64,000 nucleotides of DNA from Octopus vulgaris (lineage: Eukaryota), in NCBI GenBank assembly GCA_951406725.2, contig OX597827.1, positions 12,462,001 to 12,526,000 on the forward strand. Reading direction: 5' to 3'. Below are positions 40,716 through 55,947 of the stretch, piece after piece. Below the pieces are notes generated by a model that worked only from the letters and a program-made list of their open reading frames with translations, was not told the origin of the DNA and did not search any database. Numbering within the stretch: the first letter of the stretch is position 1; each line of letters opens with the position of its first letter. The translations under genes and the position numbers were made by a program.

Positions 40716-40761
<46 letters not shown>

Positions 40762-40883
40762 AACACACACATACACACACATACATGATGCACAGATGTA
40801 AATATTTGGATCTCTGTTAAAGGAAAACGTGTAAATGTTATTCTATGGTTGTGTTTCTATGTTGTTTTCTCCATCTCTCTTTT

Positions 40884-40914
<31 letters not shown>

Positions 40915-40979
40915 CTTCCTTATGAGTAAATGCACATGTGCATATGTGTGATCAAGCACAACTGTGGGGTATGTTTACA

Positions 40980-41162
40980 TATATACTTATATATATATAC
41001 ATACATATATATATATACATACATACATACATACATATACATAGATACATACATATACATAGATACATACATACATACATACAAATATACATACATACAT
41101 ACATACATACATACATACATACACACATACACACACACATACATACATACATACATACATAT

Positions 41163-41193
<31 letters not shown>

Positions 41194-41441
41194 CATACAT
41201 ACATACATACACACATATATACAAACATAGATACATACATACATACATACATACATACATACATACATACATACATACATACACACACATACATACATAC
41301 ATACATACATACATACATACATACATACATACATACATACATACATACATACATACAAACATACATACATACATACATACATACATACATACATACCTAC
41401 ATACACACATACATACATACATACATACACACATACATACA

Positions 41442-41475
<34 letters not shown>

Positions 41476-41521
41476 CATACATACATACATACATACACAC
41501 ATATATACAAACATAGATACA

Positions 41522-41557
<36 letters not shown>

Positions 41558-41939
41558 GATACATACGTACACACATACATACATACATACCTACATACAC
41601 ACATACATACATACATACATACCTACATACACACATACATACATACATACATACATACATACATACATACATACATACAAACATACATACATACATACAA
41701 ACACACATACATACATACATACATACATATATACATACATACATACATACAAACATACATACATACACACATACATACCTACATACACACATACACACAC
41801 ATACACATGCATACATACATACATACACACATACACACACACATACATACCTACATACACACATACATACATACATACATACATACATACATACATACAT
41901 ACATACAAACATACATACATACAAACACACACACATACA

Positions 41940-41973
<34 letters not shown>

Positions 41974-42435
41974 CATACATACATACATACAAACATACAT
42001 ACATACAAACATACATACATACACACATACATACATACATACATACATACAAACATACATACATACCTACATACATACATACATACATACATACATACAT
42101 ACATACAATACATAGATACATACATATATACACATAAACATACACACATACATACATACATACACATACATAGATACATACATACATACATACATACATA
42201 CATACATACATACATACATACATAATACATACATACATACATACATACATACACACATATATACAAACATACAAACATACATACATACATACATACATAC
42301 ATAAATACATACATACATACATACACATACATAGATACATACATACACACACATACATACATACATACAAACATACCTACCTATCTACATACATACATAC
42401 ATACATACATACATACATACATACATACATACATA
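40980..42435. repeat. ~1.45-kb (CATA)n microsatellite
   Basis: Read directly. Confidence 0.97.
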
Positions 42436-43293
42436 CGTACATGTATGTATATTTCTGTTTTGAACATTATGGTCGGAATGTGCTATCTTTTGAAAATCCT
42501 TTCACAAATCTTCACAAATATCCTGCTCCATTGGTTCAAATTTGTCATGAACATTTTATACAAACTTTCTGTAAACAGAACATATGTATATCTATATCTT
42601 TTTCTCTTTCTCACTCATGTATTTTTTTTTTGTTATCTATGTTTTTTTTTGTTGTTATACTTATGTTATTTCACATAGTAAATACTGAACAAATATTCAT
42701 ACTCTTTTATTATATCCAAAACAATTCTCTATGTTGCTAAGGTAATGAATTCTAGTTTACAAGTTGAAAACATAGTCGAACTGTTACTTTACCGTTAGGT
42801 GACAGCTGAAATAATTGATTAACAGCTTAATAATTGAGTCTACATACTTCCAAAATTGGATTTCTGTTTTATTTCGCAATACAAATGAGATAAAATGTTT
42901 GAATGTGTATTTGAGAAAGATTTGGTTGTATTTCTAGCAGCTTATACAACCACATAGAACTTCTGACATAATAATAAAAATGAGTTTATTTTATACACTT
43001 TTCATTTGCACTAAAACTCTTGGGAAATGAGTAAAACAGAAAGCTGCAATAATTCAAATAAGTTAAGACAGTAATGGTAGCCATAATTTCAGGCACAGCT
43101 GATAGTAATAAAACATATAAAGACAGAAAAGTGAACAGTAAAAGAACCATAATGAGGGAAAGGTACAGGGGTGTGTCAGGAGTGATATTGGTGAATTTTA
43201 GAAGGCAGGAAATTTTTGAAGGTTGCAGTATCCTCATTGCTAATGGTTGAGATGGGTAATTTATTCTATGCTTTGACTATACTGAAGATAGAA

Positions 43294-43524
43294 GGCGGCG
43301 AGCTGGCAGAAACGTTAGCATGCTGGGCAAAATGCGTAACCGTATTTCGTCTACCGTTACGTTGTGAGTTCAAGTTCCGCCGTGGTCGACTTTACCTTTC
43401 ATCCTTTTGGGTTCGATAAATTAAGTACCAGTTACGCACTGGGGTCGATGTAATCGACTTAATCCCTTTGTCTGTCCTTGTTTCTCCCCTCTATGTTTAG
43501 CCCCTTGTGGGCAATAAAGAAATA
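43294..43524 (+). mobile_element. SINE family D, full length, 16-bp TSD
   Basis: TSD TATACTGAAGATAGAA at 43278-43293 and 43525-43540; tRNA-like head with GAGTTCAAGTTCC box B. Confidence 0.92.
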
Positions 43525-43589
43525 TATACTGAAGATAGAAATTATTTCCAAAAGCTATGGTTCCTTTGGTGAGTTTTGATTTTTACCAG

Positions 43590-43863
43590 TACCATATAAA
43601 AAGCACATGGGCTGGTGCCGCATAAACGCGATCACGCTGGTGTCATGTAAAAACACATGTGCATGTGCTACATGAAAAAAACAAAAAAACACTTGTGCTG
43701 GTGCCGCCAAAAAAGCTGCCTGTGTTGGCACCATGTAAAAAGCACCCAGTACACTCTGTCATGCCAAAATAGGCAACTGGTGTCTGGCGGAGCCCTCCAG
43801 CTTGCCAGCTCCAGTCAGACTGTCCAACTCATGCCAGCATGGAGAATGGATATTAAATGATGA

Positions 43864-43895
<32 letters not shown>

Positions 43896-43902
43896 ATGAT
43901 GG

Positions 43903-43957
<55 letters not shown>

Positions 43958-43980
43958 GGTGGTGGTGGTGGTGGTGATGA

Positions 43981-44014
<34 letters not shown>

Positions 44015-44031
44015 GGTGGTGGTGGTTGTGA

Positions 44032-44065
<34 letters not shown>

Positions 44066-44082
44066 GGTGGTGGTTGTGATGA

Positions 44083-44116
<34 letters not shown>

Positions 44117-44257
44117 GGTAGTGGTGGCGGTAGTGGTGGCGGTAGTGGTGGTGGTAGTGGTGGCGGTGGCGGCAGCAGCAGTGGTGGTTGTGGTTGTTGT
44201 AGTGGTGGTAGTGGTAGTGGTGGCGGTGGTGGTAGTAGTGGTGGTGGTGGTGGTGAT
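43590..44257 (+). mobile_element. Degenerate SINE family B with expanded (GAT)/(GGT) tail
   Basis: About 5 short TG.CA.GTAAAAA-type modules, CATGCCAGCATGGAGAATGGA, then microsatellite 43857-44257. Confidence 0.75.
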
Positions 44258-44700
44258 GTCCACGGGTGGAAGAGGAACCGAATCCTAAATGGTGGCCAAA
44301 GTTGTAGGAAATTCGGTGGATGATCTCATGGACTTCTGCTGAGTCAGCCGCCGGATATTGAAGCATAAGCGTTACACTGCTCAGAGAAGCAAAACATTCA
44401 AGATTTAGCAAGTCACTGACACACAGGAATATTTTTGTAAAGAAAGCAGTATTTTTTTGCCAAAAAATATTTCTCTTTTTATTGTGCTATATTTTTTTTT
44501 ATATTTGCTTTTATAAGATGAAATGGTAATGCTCAAATGCTTGATTACTTTTCTTTGTACCTTTCATTCACTTCAGACATTGCTGTGGTTACTTCACAAC
44601 AGTGTAGTTTCAGGTTCAATACTCTTGTATTGCATCTTCAGCAAATGTTTTCTATCATAGTCTAAGGTTAAACAAGTTCTGAAACTGAAATTTAGTTGAC

Positions 44701-45105
44701 AGGATTGGCTGTGTGGTAAGTAGCTTGCTTACCAACCACATGGTTCTGGGTTCATTCCCACTGTGTGGTACCTTGGGCAAGTGTCTTCTGCTATAGCCTC
44801 AGGTCAACTAAGGCCTTGTGAGTGGATTTGGTAGACAGAAACTGAAAGAAGCCCATCGTATATATATATATATATGTATGTGTGTGTATATGTTTGTGTG
44901 TCTGTTTATCCCCCCAACATCGCTTGACAACCAATGGTGGTGTGTTTACATCCCCATAACTTAGCGATTCAGCAAAAAGAGACCAATAGAATAAATACTA
45001 GGCTTACAAAGAATAAGTCCTGGGTTTGATTTGCTCGACTAAAGGCAGTGCTCCAGCATGGCTGCAGTCAAATGACTGAAACAAGTAAAAGAGTAAAACA
45101 GTAAA
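44701..45105 (+). mobile_element. SINE family A
   Basis: Head to tail present. Confidence 0.9.
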
Positions 45106-46224
45106 GAAATTATGTCAAAGCCCATTCTCCTTAATCTCTCTCCTAGTTTAATATAATTATTTAATAAGTCATGTCCATAGTGGAGTTTACTTTATTGTAA
45201 GCATTTGGACCAAATCTCTGATCTGAGTAAAATTTTGTGTCTTCCACTCACCAGTCTTGGAGGCCCTGAAAAGCATCATGAGTACTAAACATAGTCCTCT
45301 GACTAAACCACAAAACAATGAACCCTCACCTACCAAAAAGAAAACAAAACAAAACAGAAAACCTACCACAAAGATTAAAGAAAAGCAACCAAAGATTAAT
45401 CTGTCAAATCTATCAGATTACTTTATTTGGCAAAGTTCAATAATGTTTTTACCTCAATGTTACTTAGGGAAATATTCTTATACACAGGGGCTTCTGTGTA
45501 GTTGTATGACCTGGTAGAAATCTCAACAAAATCTCTTGCTACCTTGATAAAAAAAAAAGCAAACAAAAAAAAAATCAACTAGGTAGTTTATGTGAGCGAA
45601 AAGGATGGGAGGAAGTCACAACTGGACTGCCTTTGAAAATAGGTCTGGTTCATAAGTAGATGGGGGCCAGGGGATAAAATAGTAGGAAGTGTTCACCATA
45701 ACAATCATCATCATCTTCATTATAATCATCATCATCGTCTTCATCATCATCAACAACAACATTCTTCTAATGTCCATTTTTCGATGCTTCAACAGATCAA
45801 ATCAGATTTGTCAAAGCAGATTTGTCAAAGCAGATTTTATTTCTCTATGTTACAATGCAATCCCTGCAGCCAATCCTGACTTGTTTCCAAGCAAGATAAT
45901 ATTTTCCCATGACCAGATATGTTTCCTTGGAAGATTGGGAATGAATAACACAACTCATATGGCAGCGATGTCAAGATGAAAATACACATACAAATACATG
46001 CACATGCACATACACACAAACACAAACACACGCATATGCACGTACATACACACACACATGCACATATATGACCAAAATAGTTAGCTCATGGAATCCTTAC
46101 TCAATATCAAGATCCATATGCTGGCTATTCTAGAAACAGCTGTAAGAGACTCTGTCTATGTTCTCTATCTAAATTACATGTTTCTTTGAATGATGCTAAT
46201 ATTTTACTTTTTCATTTTTTACTT

Positions 46225-46549
<325 letters not shown>

Positions 46550-46557
46550 TATATATA

Positions 46558-46952
46558 CTCTTTTACTTGTTTCAGTCATTTGACTGCAGCCATGCTGGAG
46601 CACCGCCTTTAGTTGAGCAAATGGACTCCAGGAGTTATTTTTTGTAAAGCTAGTACTTATTCTAACGGTCTCTTTTGCCAAACTGCTATGTTGCAGGGAC
46701 GTAAATGCACCAGCATCAGTTGTCAAGCGATGTTGGGGGACAAACACAGACACACAAACACACACACACACATATTTATGCATATATATATATACGACGG
46801 GCTTCTTTCAGTCTCTGTCTACCAAATCCACTCACAAGGCTTTGGTGAGCCTGAGGCTATAGTAGAAGACACTTGCATAAGGTACCACGCAGTGGGATTG
46901 AACCTGGAACCATGTGATTGATAAGCAAGCTACTTGCCACACAGCCACTCCT
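46558..46952 (-). mobile_element. SINE family A
   Basis: Head to tail present. Confidence 0.88.
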
Positions 46953-47039
46953 GTATGTATGTGTTTGTATGCATGTATGTGTGTATATATGTATGTATGT
47001 GTGTATGCATGTATGCATGCATGCATGCATGTATGTATG

Positions 47040-47352
47040 AGACAGATGAGTGACAACCTGGCCAGTGGTGGTGGTGTAACACACCATACTAATCATATCT
47101 GTCAGGCATGTGGAAGAGAGTGTAATTCGGCAGGAGGACTTAAACGACATGCAAAGGTACATGAAGCCCAGTTACAACTACAGCCGGTTATTACCAGTAA
47201 AAATTTTAGTTGCCAATTTTGCACAAGACATTGTAGATCTTTGGCTGTGCTAAAAAGTCGCATTCGATCACAGCACCAATAACAGTTAAGCTTCGTGCAA
47301 TGGCCATACTCGATAACGAGGGGGCAGCCATAAATGTATGTATGTATGTATA
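47040..47352 (+). mobile_element. RTE-clade LINE 3' end with two C2H2-like fingers, (ATGT)n tail
   Basis: HICQACGRECNSAGGLKRHAKVH...FSCQFCTRHCRSLAVLKSRIRSQHQ*, short 3' UTR, embedded in (ATGT)n on both sides. Confidence 0.7.
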
Positions 47353-47597
47353 TGACATGTTTCTTTAAGTTTCTGTCTATGAAATCCACTCACGATGCTT
47401 TGGTTGCTTTGTGGTTTTTGTAGAAGACATGTGCTGGAAATGCCAAGCTGGGGAAGTGAACCTAAAACCATGTGATTGGGAAGCTGATTTCTTCACTACA
47501 CACCCATTTCTGTTGCCTTATTTTTTTTTTTTTTTTTTTTTTTTTTTTGTACTTGTTTCAGCCATTTGACTGCGGCCATGCTGGAGCACCGCCTTTA

Positions 47598-47767
47598 GAG
47601 TGGTGAAAGAGTACAGCAGGGATCACCACCTCCTGCCGGAGCCTCATGGAGCTTTTTTAGGTGTTTTTTCGCTCAATAAACACACACAACGCCCGGTCTG
47701 GGAATCGAAACCGCGATCCTCCGACCGCAAGTCCGCTGCCCTAACCACTAGGCCATTGCGCCTCCAC
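47598..47767 (-). mobile_element. SINE family C 5' part
   Basis: tRNA-like head matching 7210-7599. Confidence 0.85.
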
Positions 47768-48469
47768 AATGTAAATATACGTAAATATTTTTTAATTATT
47801 ATTAACATTAATAGTATTAACATATTTAGTATTTTTTTCTCTGTCATTTATTTTTATGTGCCAAAACGAAGGCTAATAAGGTATAGACCTACGGAGTTTA
47901 TTGTGTCTCAATAAGAAAACTATTGCAGCACATGTAAGCTGTCACAGTTAATTAATGAGGCACTGGTCAAAATGTAACCTTCTAGGCATCTAGAAAGAAG
48001 TAGCAAGTTTACACTCTGCACAGAGAAACAACTGCTCACAAACGAAAACTTTCCCAAGCTAAACATTTCTTTTTACAGATCAATTTTTAACCTTTAGCAA
48101 ATTGGAAGTGTACTCACTGCATAGTTTCAATTGCTAAAATAATCATTCTTATCAAACTTATTTGTTTCTCATCCATCATCTTCCTTCCTTACCACCAAGT
48201 TAGCTGTAATCTCATCATTGGTTTTTTTCTCTTGTACTTGTTAACACAAAGTGTTATCATCTCTCATTTTATTTTTATTCTATTTATCTTTCAATTTCAC
48301 CATTATTTTTTAATTTTTTTTTATTTAACAGTTTTATAATACCCACCAATACACTAAATTGGACTAGCCTGAAGCAATAAAATGTAACATTTTCCATGCT
48401 GTATGAAAACCAGTTGAGTCTGAAATTCTACAATTAATAAAAACCCAAACTTCTGAAACAAGATAATGT

Positions 48470-48470
48470 T

Positions 48471-48562
<92 letters not shown>

Positions 48563-48577
48563 TTTTTTTATTATTAC

Positions 48578-48631
<54 letters not shown>

Positions 48632-48645
48632 TATCATCATCATCA
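48470..48645. repeat. (TAT)n/(CAT)n
   Basis: Read directly. Confidence 0.95.
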
Positions 48646-49380
48646 TTATTTGTTCATTTGTGTTTTTGTTGTTTATGTTTTTAGGTTTTAATTTCTTTTT
48701 TTTCTTTTTTTTACAAATATCTTTTTAAACATTCCAACCAGTTGTTTGATCATCAAAGTAAAAAAAAAAGTGTATTTTTTTTATTATTTATTTTTATATT
48801 TTTATTTCTATGAGAGTCATTTCATCCTAATTTCTCTGACCATTCGTCTGTAAAATGAAAATAAAATGTTTATTCTCATCCAAAATATGTAGTTTATTAC
48901 CTGATTGAAAATTGGTATCAGCAGACATAACTAAATATATATATACATATATATATTTCACAAATGTGTTTCTCACAAATTCATATTTTGTATCGATAAA
49001 ATCATTTGCCAATATGATCTTGTGAAAGCATTTATTGATATTTTATTAATGATGGAAATGTTATATTTATCATTTAGTTATATCACGGCTATTGCAGTAG
49101 ATAAACAAATCATTTCTTTTGTTCCATTTTAAGTCTATTTTCCACGCGAAGATAAACAGGTCTATAAGGTCAGACATTTGAAAGTGTTGTAGGCTGGAAA
49201 ATATTGTTGTTGTTTTTGTTTCTATATATATATATTTTTTTTTTCCCCAGGTAATTTTCTTTGCTAACATTGACTATTCTATCATATGATAAGGATTGTA
49301 TTTATGGTTTAGCTACAACTGAAGCACATATTCACTGCTGTCTTGCACAAAGATTTGATACAAAATGCATCGTAGTAATA

Positions 49381-50119
49381 CTATTTCTTTACTACCCACA
49401 AGGGGCTAAAACACAGAGGGCACAAACAAGGACAGACAAACGGATTAAGTTGATTACATAGACGCCAGTGCATAACTGGTACTTATTTAATCGACCCCGA
49501 AAGGATGAAAGGCAAAGTCGACCTCGGTGGAATTTGAACTCAGAACGTAGTGGAGGACAAACAAGGACAGACAAATGGATTAAGTCGATTATATCGACCC
49601 CAGTGTGTAACTGGTACTTATTTAATTGACCCCGAAAGGATGAAAGGCAAAGTTAACCTCGGTGGAATTTGAACTGAGAACGTAGTGGCAGACAAAATAC
49701 CTATTTCTTTACTACCCACAAGGGGCTAAAACACAGAGGGGACAAACAAGGACAGACAAACGGAATAAGTTGATTACATCGACACCAGTGCGTAACTGGT
49801 ACTTATTTAATCGACCCCGAAAGGATGAAAGGCAAAGTCGACCTCGGTGGAATTTGAACTCAGAATGTAGCGGCAGATGAAATACCTATTTCTTTACTAC
49901 CCACAAGGGGCTAAACACAGAGAGGACAAACAAGGACAGACAAACGGATTAAGTCGATTATATCGACACCAGTGCGTAACTGGTACTTAATTTATCGACC
50001 CCGAAAGGATGAAAGGCAAAGTCGACCTCGGTGGAATTTGAACTCAGAACGTAGTGGCAGACGAAATACCTCTAAGCATTTCGCCCGACGTGCTAACGTT
50101 TCTGCCAGCTCACCGCCTT
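49381..50119 (-). mobile_element. SINE family D tetramer (one head plus three headless ~185-bp units)
   Basis: Units start at 49381, 49554 (partly deleted), 49701 and 49886. Junction AAATAC|CTATTTCTTTACTACCCAC. Confidence 0.92.
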
Positions 50120-50591
50120 ATGGTTTAAAACTATGAATTATGGGTTAAAAGTACACATTAATTATTTAACCCAAGAAATAGAATCTAGCATCTAGATAAA
50201 TACCTGTGGAACACGAGATTCAATCTTTTATAAACAGTGAAATCACTTAGAAATCAGAATCAACATGAGATGGATTTCACTGAATCGTTAAATTTGATTA
50301 AGATAAAATTACATTCAGAATCAAGAAGTGGTAAATGTTAATGATGGAAGTAAATATTAGAGATCTATTGTTTTTGTTTTTTTTATAGTTCTTGTTTTTG
50401 CTTACAAATTCAAACATTTTGTATTTCAAATCCAGTAGGCACAGTTTATTCTTGTTGTTTTACTTAGTGCAATTGACATCATCATCCTCATCATCAGTAT
50501 CACCATCATCATCACTCAACCATGACCACCACCACCACCACCCCACCACCACCACCACCCCACCACCACCACCACCCCACCACCACCATTA

Positions 50592-50823
50592 CCTATTTAT
50601 TTACTACCCACAAGGGGCTAAACACAGAGGGGACAAACAAGGACAGACAAACGGATTAAGTCGATTATATCGACCCCAGTGCGTAACTGGTACTTATTTA
50701 ATCGACCCGAAAGGATGAAAGACAAAGTCGACCTCGGCGGAATTTGAACTCAGAACGTAGCGGCAGACGAAATACCGCTAAGCATTTTGCCCGGCGTGCT
50801 AGCGATTCTGCCAGCTCGGTGCC
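50592..50823 (-). mobile_element. SINE family D, full length
   Basis: Inserted in a (CAC/CAT) tract; CACCACCATTACC occurs on both sides. Confidence 0.9.
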
Positions 50824-51167
50824 ACCACCATTACCATCACCATCATCATCATCATTTGTTCAACCCATGCCAGTATGGAATGTGAACGTTATATATTGAT
50901 GATGATGATGATGATGACAATTTTCTGCTATCCATACTGTCATTGATTGGATGGCTCAATAGAATCTGATGAGCCAGAGGACAATGTTGTGCTCCAATCT
51001 CTGAGTTTAGGCATAGCTTTCATGGCCAGATATCCCTTTCTTACATCAACCGCTTTACAGAATATAACTGTACCAAATGCTTAGTTTTCCAGAACTAGAG
51101 AAGTCACCTTGCAGTGTGCAAGATTTAAAGAGCACAAAAAAGTCCTCCAAGACTGAATAGAAAATAA

Positions 51168-51595
<428 letters not shown>

Positions 51596-52213
51596 AAAGT
51601 AGTGGTTTTATGTGTGGTGATAAGTGATAGTAAAGTAGGATCAGAGTATCTGATTTATTGTTGTGAGAATGTAGTGATGGAAAGAGTAACAGAGTAGACA
51701 CTGTTAGAGGAGTGGGGGATGTTTATGAGCAAATAGGAGAGGGATTAGTGTCAGGTGTTAATGAGGAGAGAATGACAGAGTAGTAAGTGAAACGGGTTTT
51801 GTAGTGGGAACCTGTGTTATCCTACCTTTTAAAAGGGTACATAGGTGGGAGGAACATGAAAGATGAAGAGATTAATGTGGTGAGGATTCAAGAAAGTCAT
51901 TGAAGGTAAAAAAGTGGGGATGGGGTGGGGGTGGGGGGTAAAGAGGGAGAGATGAGGGGATGTGAAGTAGCGGTGAAGCTGTGGGTAGAGGACAGTGAGC
52001 CGAAAGATATACAAAGGGTGGATGGGCAGTGGATGAATACAGTGAGAGAAAGAGAGGACTAACGGATACCATAGAGGTGATGGTGAAGTCTTTGAAGAGA
52101 GAACAGGAAGGAAGCAGGGGGTGGATGCAGAAAGAGCGTCTCAATCATCAACGTTACCTTTATTAAGATTCTTGCTACCATGCTTACCTGAGTGCATAGG
52201 TTTTCTCCAGTAC

Positions 52214-52382
52214 AGGCGCAGGAGTGGCTGTGTGGTAAGTAGCTTGCTTACCAACCACATGGTTCCGGGTTCAGTCCCACTGCATGGCACCTTGGGCAAG
52301 TGTCTTCTACTATAGCTTCGGGCCGACCAAAGGTTAGTGAGTGGATTTGGTAGACAGAAACTGAAAGAAGCCCGTCGTATAC

Positions 52383-52421
<39 letters not shown>

Positions 52422-52635
52422 TGTGTGTGTGTGTTTGCCCCACCCAACATCGCTTGACAACCGATGCTGGTGTGTTTACGTCCCTGTAACTTAGCGGTTC
52501 AGCAAAAGAGAATGATAAAATAAGTAGTAGGCTTGCAAAGAATAAGTTCTGGGGTCGATTTGTTCGACTAAAGACAGTGCTCCAGCATGGCCACAGTCAA
52601 ATGACTGAAACAAGTAAGTTAAAAAAAAAAAAGAG
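52214..52635 (+). mobile_element. SINE family A, full length
   Basis: Head GGCGCAGGAGTGG, A-rich end, short AGTACA flanking repeat. Confidence 0.9.
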
Positions 52636-53209
52636 AGTACACCAACAAAATAGCTAAGAAAATACTAACAATTATGTGGTGAGAAAAAAGTAGTAGCTCA
52701 ATAACTTTTTTATTTAATCTGATCTTAGTAAGTATGGGACACAACTCTGAGCATGTTTCAGTCTCATTAGAACTTCTCAACAAAGTGTAGCCTCATCATT
52801 AATTAGCAAACTAGGAATAAAAAAATTACTATATTAATGTTCAATAAGCTACAAGAATAGGCACCAAATATTATGATAATGACTGTTCAACTGTTCTTGT
52901 TAATTGTGCCTGTTATTAAGAAACTGTCTACAACTCTAATGAATATACTTTCCTTTCATCTAAAACGAATAGTCATTTGTTATTATCTTTATGCTATATA
53001 ATGTTAACCATTCCAGAGATTAGATCTTTTGCATCAAAATACATGAGAAATATGCTACACTTTGAAGTAGTTGAGTTTATGTAGCAGATGTTTGTTCCTC
53101 TCTGTTTATTCCACTTTTCTGCATTTTTCCTTAAATTTCTACATTTTTTCTTAAATTGCCACATGGAGCTGGATTCATACAATGTGGTACCTTGCCATTG
53201 GCATTATAT

Positions 53210-53598
53210 GGATGGAAGCACTCCGTCGGTTACGACGACAAGAGTTCCGGTTGATCCGATCAACGGAACAGCCTGCTCGTGAAATTAACGTGTAAGTGGC
53301 TGAGCACTCCACAGACACGTGTACCCTTAACGTAGTTCTCGGGGATATTCAGCGTGACACAGAGAGTGACAAGGCCGGCCCTTTGAAATACAGGTACAAC
53401 AGAAACAGGAAGTAAGAGTGAGAGAAAGTTGTGGTGAAAGAGTACAGCAGGGATCACCACCATCCCCTGCCGGAGCCTCGTGGAGCTTTTTAGGTGTTTT
53501 CGTTCAATAAACACTCACAACGCCCGGTCTGGGAATCGAAACCGCGATCCTACGACCGTGAGTCCGCTGCCCTAACCACTGGGCCATTGCGCCTCCAC
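53210..53598 (-). mobile_element. SINE family C, full length, 11-bp TSD
   Basis: TSD TGGCATTATAT at 53199-53209 and 53599-53609. Confidence 0.93.
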
Positions 53599-54261
53599 TG
53601 GCATTATATATTATATCAACGAGAGAAATACATTATTCAGCTTACACTTTGGTCTTTCAGACTAACAATTAAATATATTTTTTTGATTGATTAGATTGAA
53701 TCTTCCAGAGAAAGCTATTACGAAACGCATCTGCAGCAAATGTTAATGAAATGCCAAATATATTTAGTTATATAATAAATACCTAGATGAAATATGGATT
53801 GAAAATGGGCAAAATAGTCATAAATTAGATACACTACATGATATATATGTAATGACTTGGAAGACAGGTAAAAACATCTTGTTTAACAATAACTACTTTG
53901 ATAATCTGGCGTTAGAAATGTATTTATTGTTACTGTTGCTAGTGTTGATATTAAATGTTCTTGGTAGAACTGTTGCTGTATATGTGCAAGCGGAACTGTG
54001 TGGTTAAGAAATTGGAATTGCAGTCACATTGTTCTAAGTTCAATCCCACACTGCAGAATACCTTGGACAAAAGTGTCTTTTAATATAACCTTTTGCTTAC
54101 CAATTCTTCCTTGTAAGTAGAATTCAAAAGACAGAAACTGCACATGCCATTATGTATGTATGTATGCATGTATGTATGTATGCATGTATGTATGTATGTA
54201 TGAAAACAATGGTATGTGTATATATATATATATATGTGAACACATACCAGTTGTTTTCATG

Positions 54262-54428
54262 ACATTTTTAATGCTTTGAATTAAATGTGACCATTTTGCG
54301 TTGAGTCTGCAGTTTGAATCACTTTAACCAAATTTTAGCAGGACGGATTTTTGATCATCAGGATACATTGCCAGCGACTCCCTGAAACTCTCCCCTGAAA
54401 TCCCTGTTGAGCCGGGCAATACTGCTAG
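54262..54428 (+). mobile_element. Possible Helitron-type 3' end
   Basis: Short GC hairpin CCCTG..CCGGG followed ~8 nt later by CTAG|T. Confidence 0.35.
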
Positions 54429-54483
<55 letters not shown>

Positions 54484-55036
54484 TTGAAGGTTGTTTGTTA
54501 TGGCCAGTCAAAGAGTGACCATTACTTTTACCCCTATAAAGGACTTCGTTGTATAGTAAATTGTCAGACTCAAATGGCTGGAGATACATAACCTCTCTAC
54601 AACTGGGGTGAGAAAATGCCATAGTTTTTGGGCCCTGTGTTTTTACCCCCACGTACATCAATTCCAGCCATATTGATAAGGATTTTCGAAGATAGTAACA
54701 GGAATCTCCTCTATTTATGTGTGTGTGTGTGTACTTGCATGTATGTGTCTTTATATGCATATACATACATGTTTGTGCATGTGTGTTTGTATCTGTATTT
54801 TTGTGAACTATGTGTTTTTTCTGCCCCATGCTTGACAACTGGTGTTACATTGTTTACATCCCTGTAACTTAGTGGTTTAGCAAAAGTGACCAAGAGAATA
54901 ACTATCAGACTTAGAAATAAATACTGGGTTCAATTTTTTCTAGTAATCCCTTAAATGTGGTGCCACAGAATGGCTGCAACCCAACAATACAAAAACTGAA
55001 ACGTGGAAGAACACTGCCAAGAATGTGAGGACCCAT

Positions 55037-55584
55037 CCTTTTTTTTTCGACCGTGGTCGAGACAATGGAATTTACCATGCTACGCCAGACTTCATGGTCC
55101 ATCATGGCATTACGGAGGTCCTGTTGCTGGATGCCTGTATCCCTGGAGATTACATCAGGGTAGGAGAGTGTGCGCCGTCTGGCATTGCGAGTAGATGGCT
55201 TCCAGAGGAGGAGAGTAGAAATTACCTCGTTTTCAGCTCTACAACAATGTCCAGCAAACTGGACTCTCCTACCTTTCACAAGAGATGACACAGGTGGTAG
55301 TTTCCCATATATTTGCATTTTGGTTGGATGGTGCTTCCACGAGAGATTTTGAGCTCTCATAAGGAGGCGAGTGTAAGTTCCATCCAACCGCCTCTCAAGC
55401 TTCTTTGATAACGTCCAGGTTTCTGAGCCATATAGTAGAATTGGTTCGACTGAGGCTTAGAAGATTTCAAGTTTGAAGTCTCTACTTAGATTTGATGACC
55501 AGATCTTATGCATGTCATTACAGGCTGACCAGGCCATACCCTTTCTAGTTAGAAAATCTTTTCCAGATGATGATAGGATGATGA
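55037..55584 (-). mobile_element. 5'-truncated RTE-clade LINE, 11-bp TSD
   Basis: KGMAWSACNDMHKIWSS...VEPILLYGSETWTLSKKLERRLDGTYTRLLMRAQNLSWKHH...RRVQFAGHC...WRSMV. One in-frame stop. TSD TGAGGACCCAT at 55026-55036 and 55585-55595. Confidence 0.92.
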
Positions 55585-55680
55585 TGAGGACCCATGGCAG
55601 AACAACAGGTACAAACTGTTCTATATTTTAGGGATGAGGAATTCTGTACATTATTTACATTGGACGGATATGTGTCCTCT

Positions 55681-55759
55681 GGGCATATAGTGTAATGGTT
55701 AAGAGTGCAGGCTAATAACCCCAAGACTCCAAGTTCAAATCCAGGCAGTGCTTTGAATA

Positions 55760-55827
<68 letters not shown>

Positions 55828-55838
55828 TAATAATAATA
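55681..55838 (+). mobile_element. Short tRNA-like SINE (head plus (TAA)n)
   Basis: Box A TAGTGTAATGGT, box B GTTCAAATCC, tail directly attached. Confidence 0.65.
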
Positions 55839-55903
55839 AAATCAGCAAGAAGGAAAAACCCTAAGGATTGAAAACCCAAGGTTTGGTTCAAAATTCTATC
55901 AGG

Positions 55904-55947
55904 ACACCTGATGAAGGCTGGAGAGTAAATCAGCCGAAACAATGTGG
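55904..55947 (+). ncRNA. Minimal hammerhead motif (degenerate cleavage site) in a Penelope-like fragment (55840-56000)
   Basis: CAC-CUGAUGA-A-GGCUG..CAGCC-GAAA-CAAU-GUG. An inverted partial copy of the same repeat lies at ~55625-55680. Confidence 0.6.

Noticed and set aside
40920-42374. HTYI/MYVC-repeat ORFs up to 431 aa (and similar ones throughout)
   Set aside because: Translations of (CATA)n, (TA)n and (TG)n microsatellites.
46914-47282. Host C2H2 zinc-finger gene
   Set aside because: No TGEKP linkers or splice sites. The fingers end at a stop followed by a short UTR and an (ATGT)n tail, which fits an RTE LINE C-terminus.
52745-52772. Tiny hammerhead-like CTAATGA-GACT-GAAACATGCTC (minus)
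   Set aside because: No stem II and a mutated core; could be chance.
55681-55755. Functional tRNA genes (here and at all SINE heads)
   Set aside because: Box A/B are present, but the acceptor and anticodon stems are imperfect and each is fused to a SINE body or microsatellite tail.
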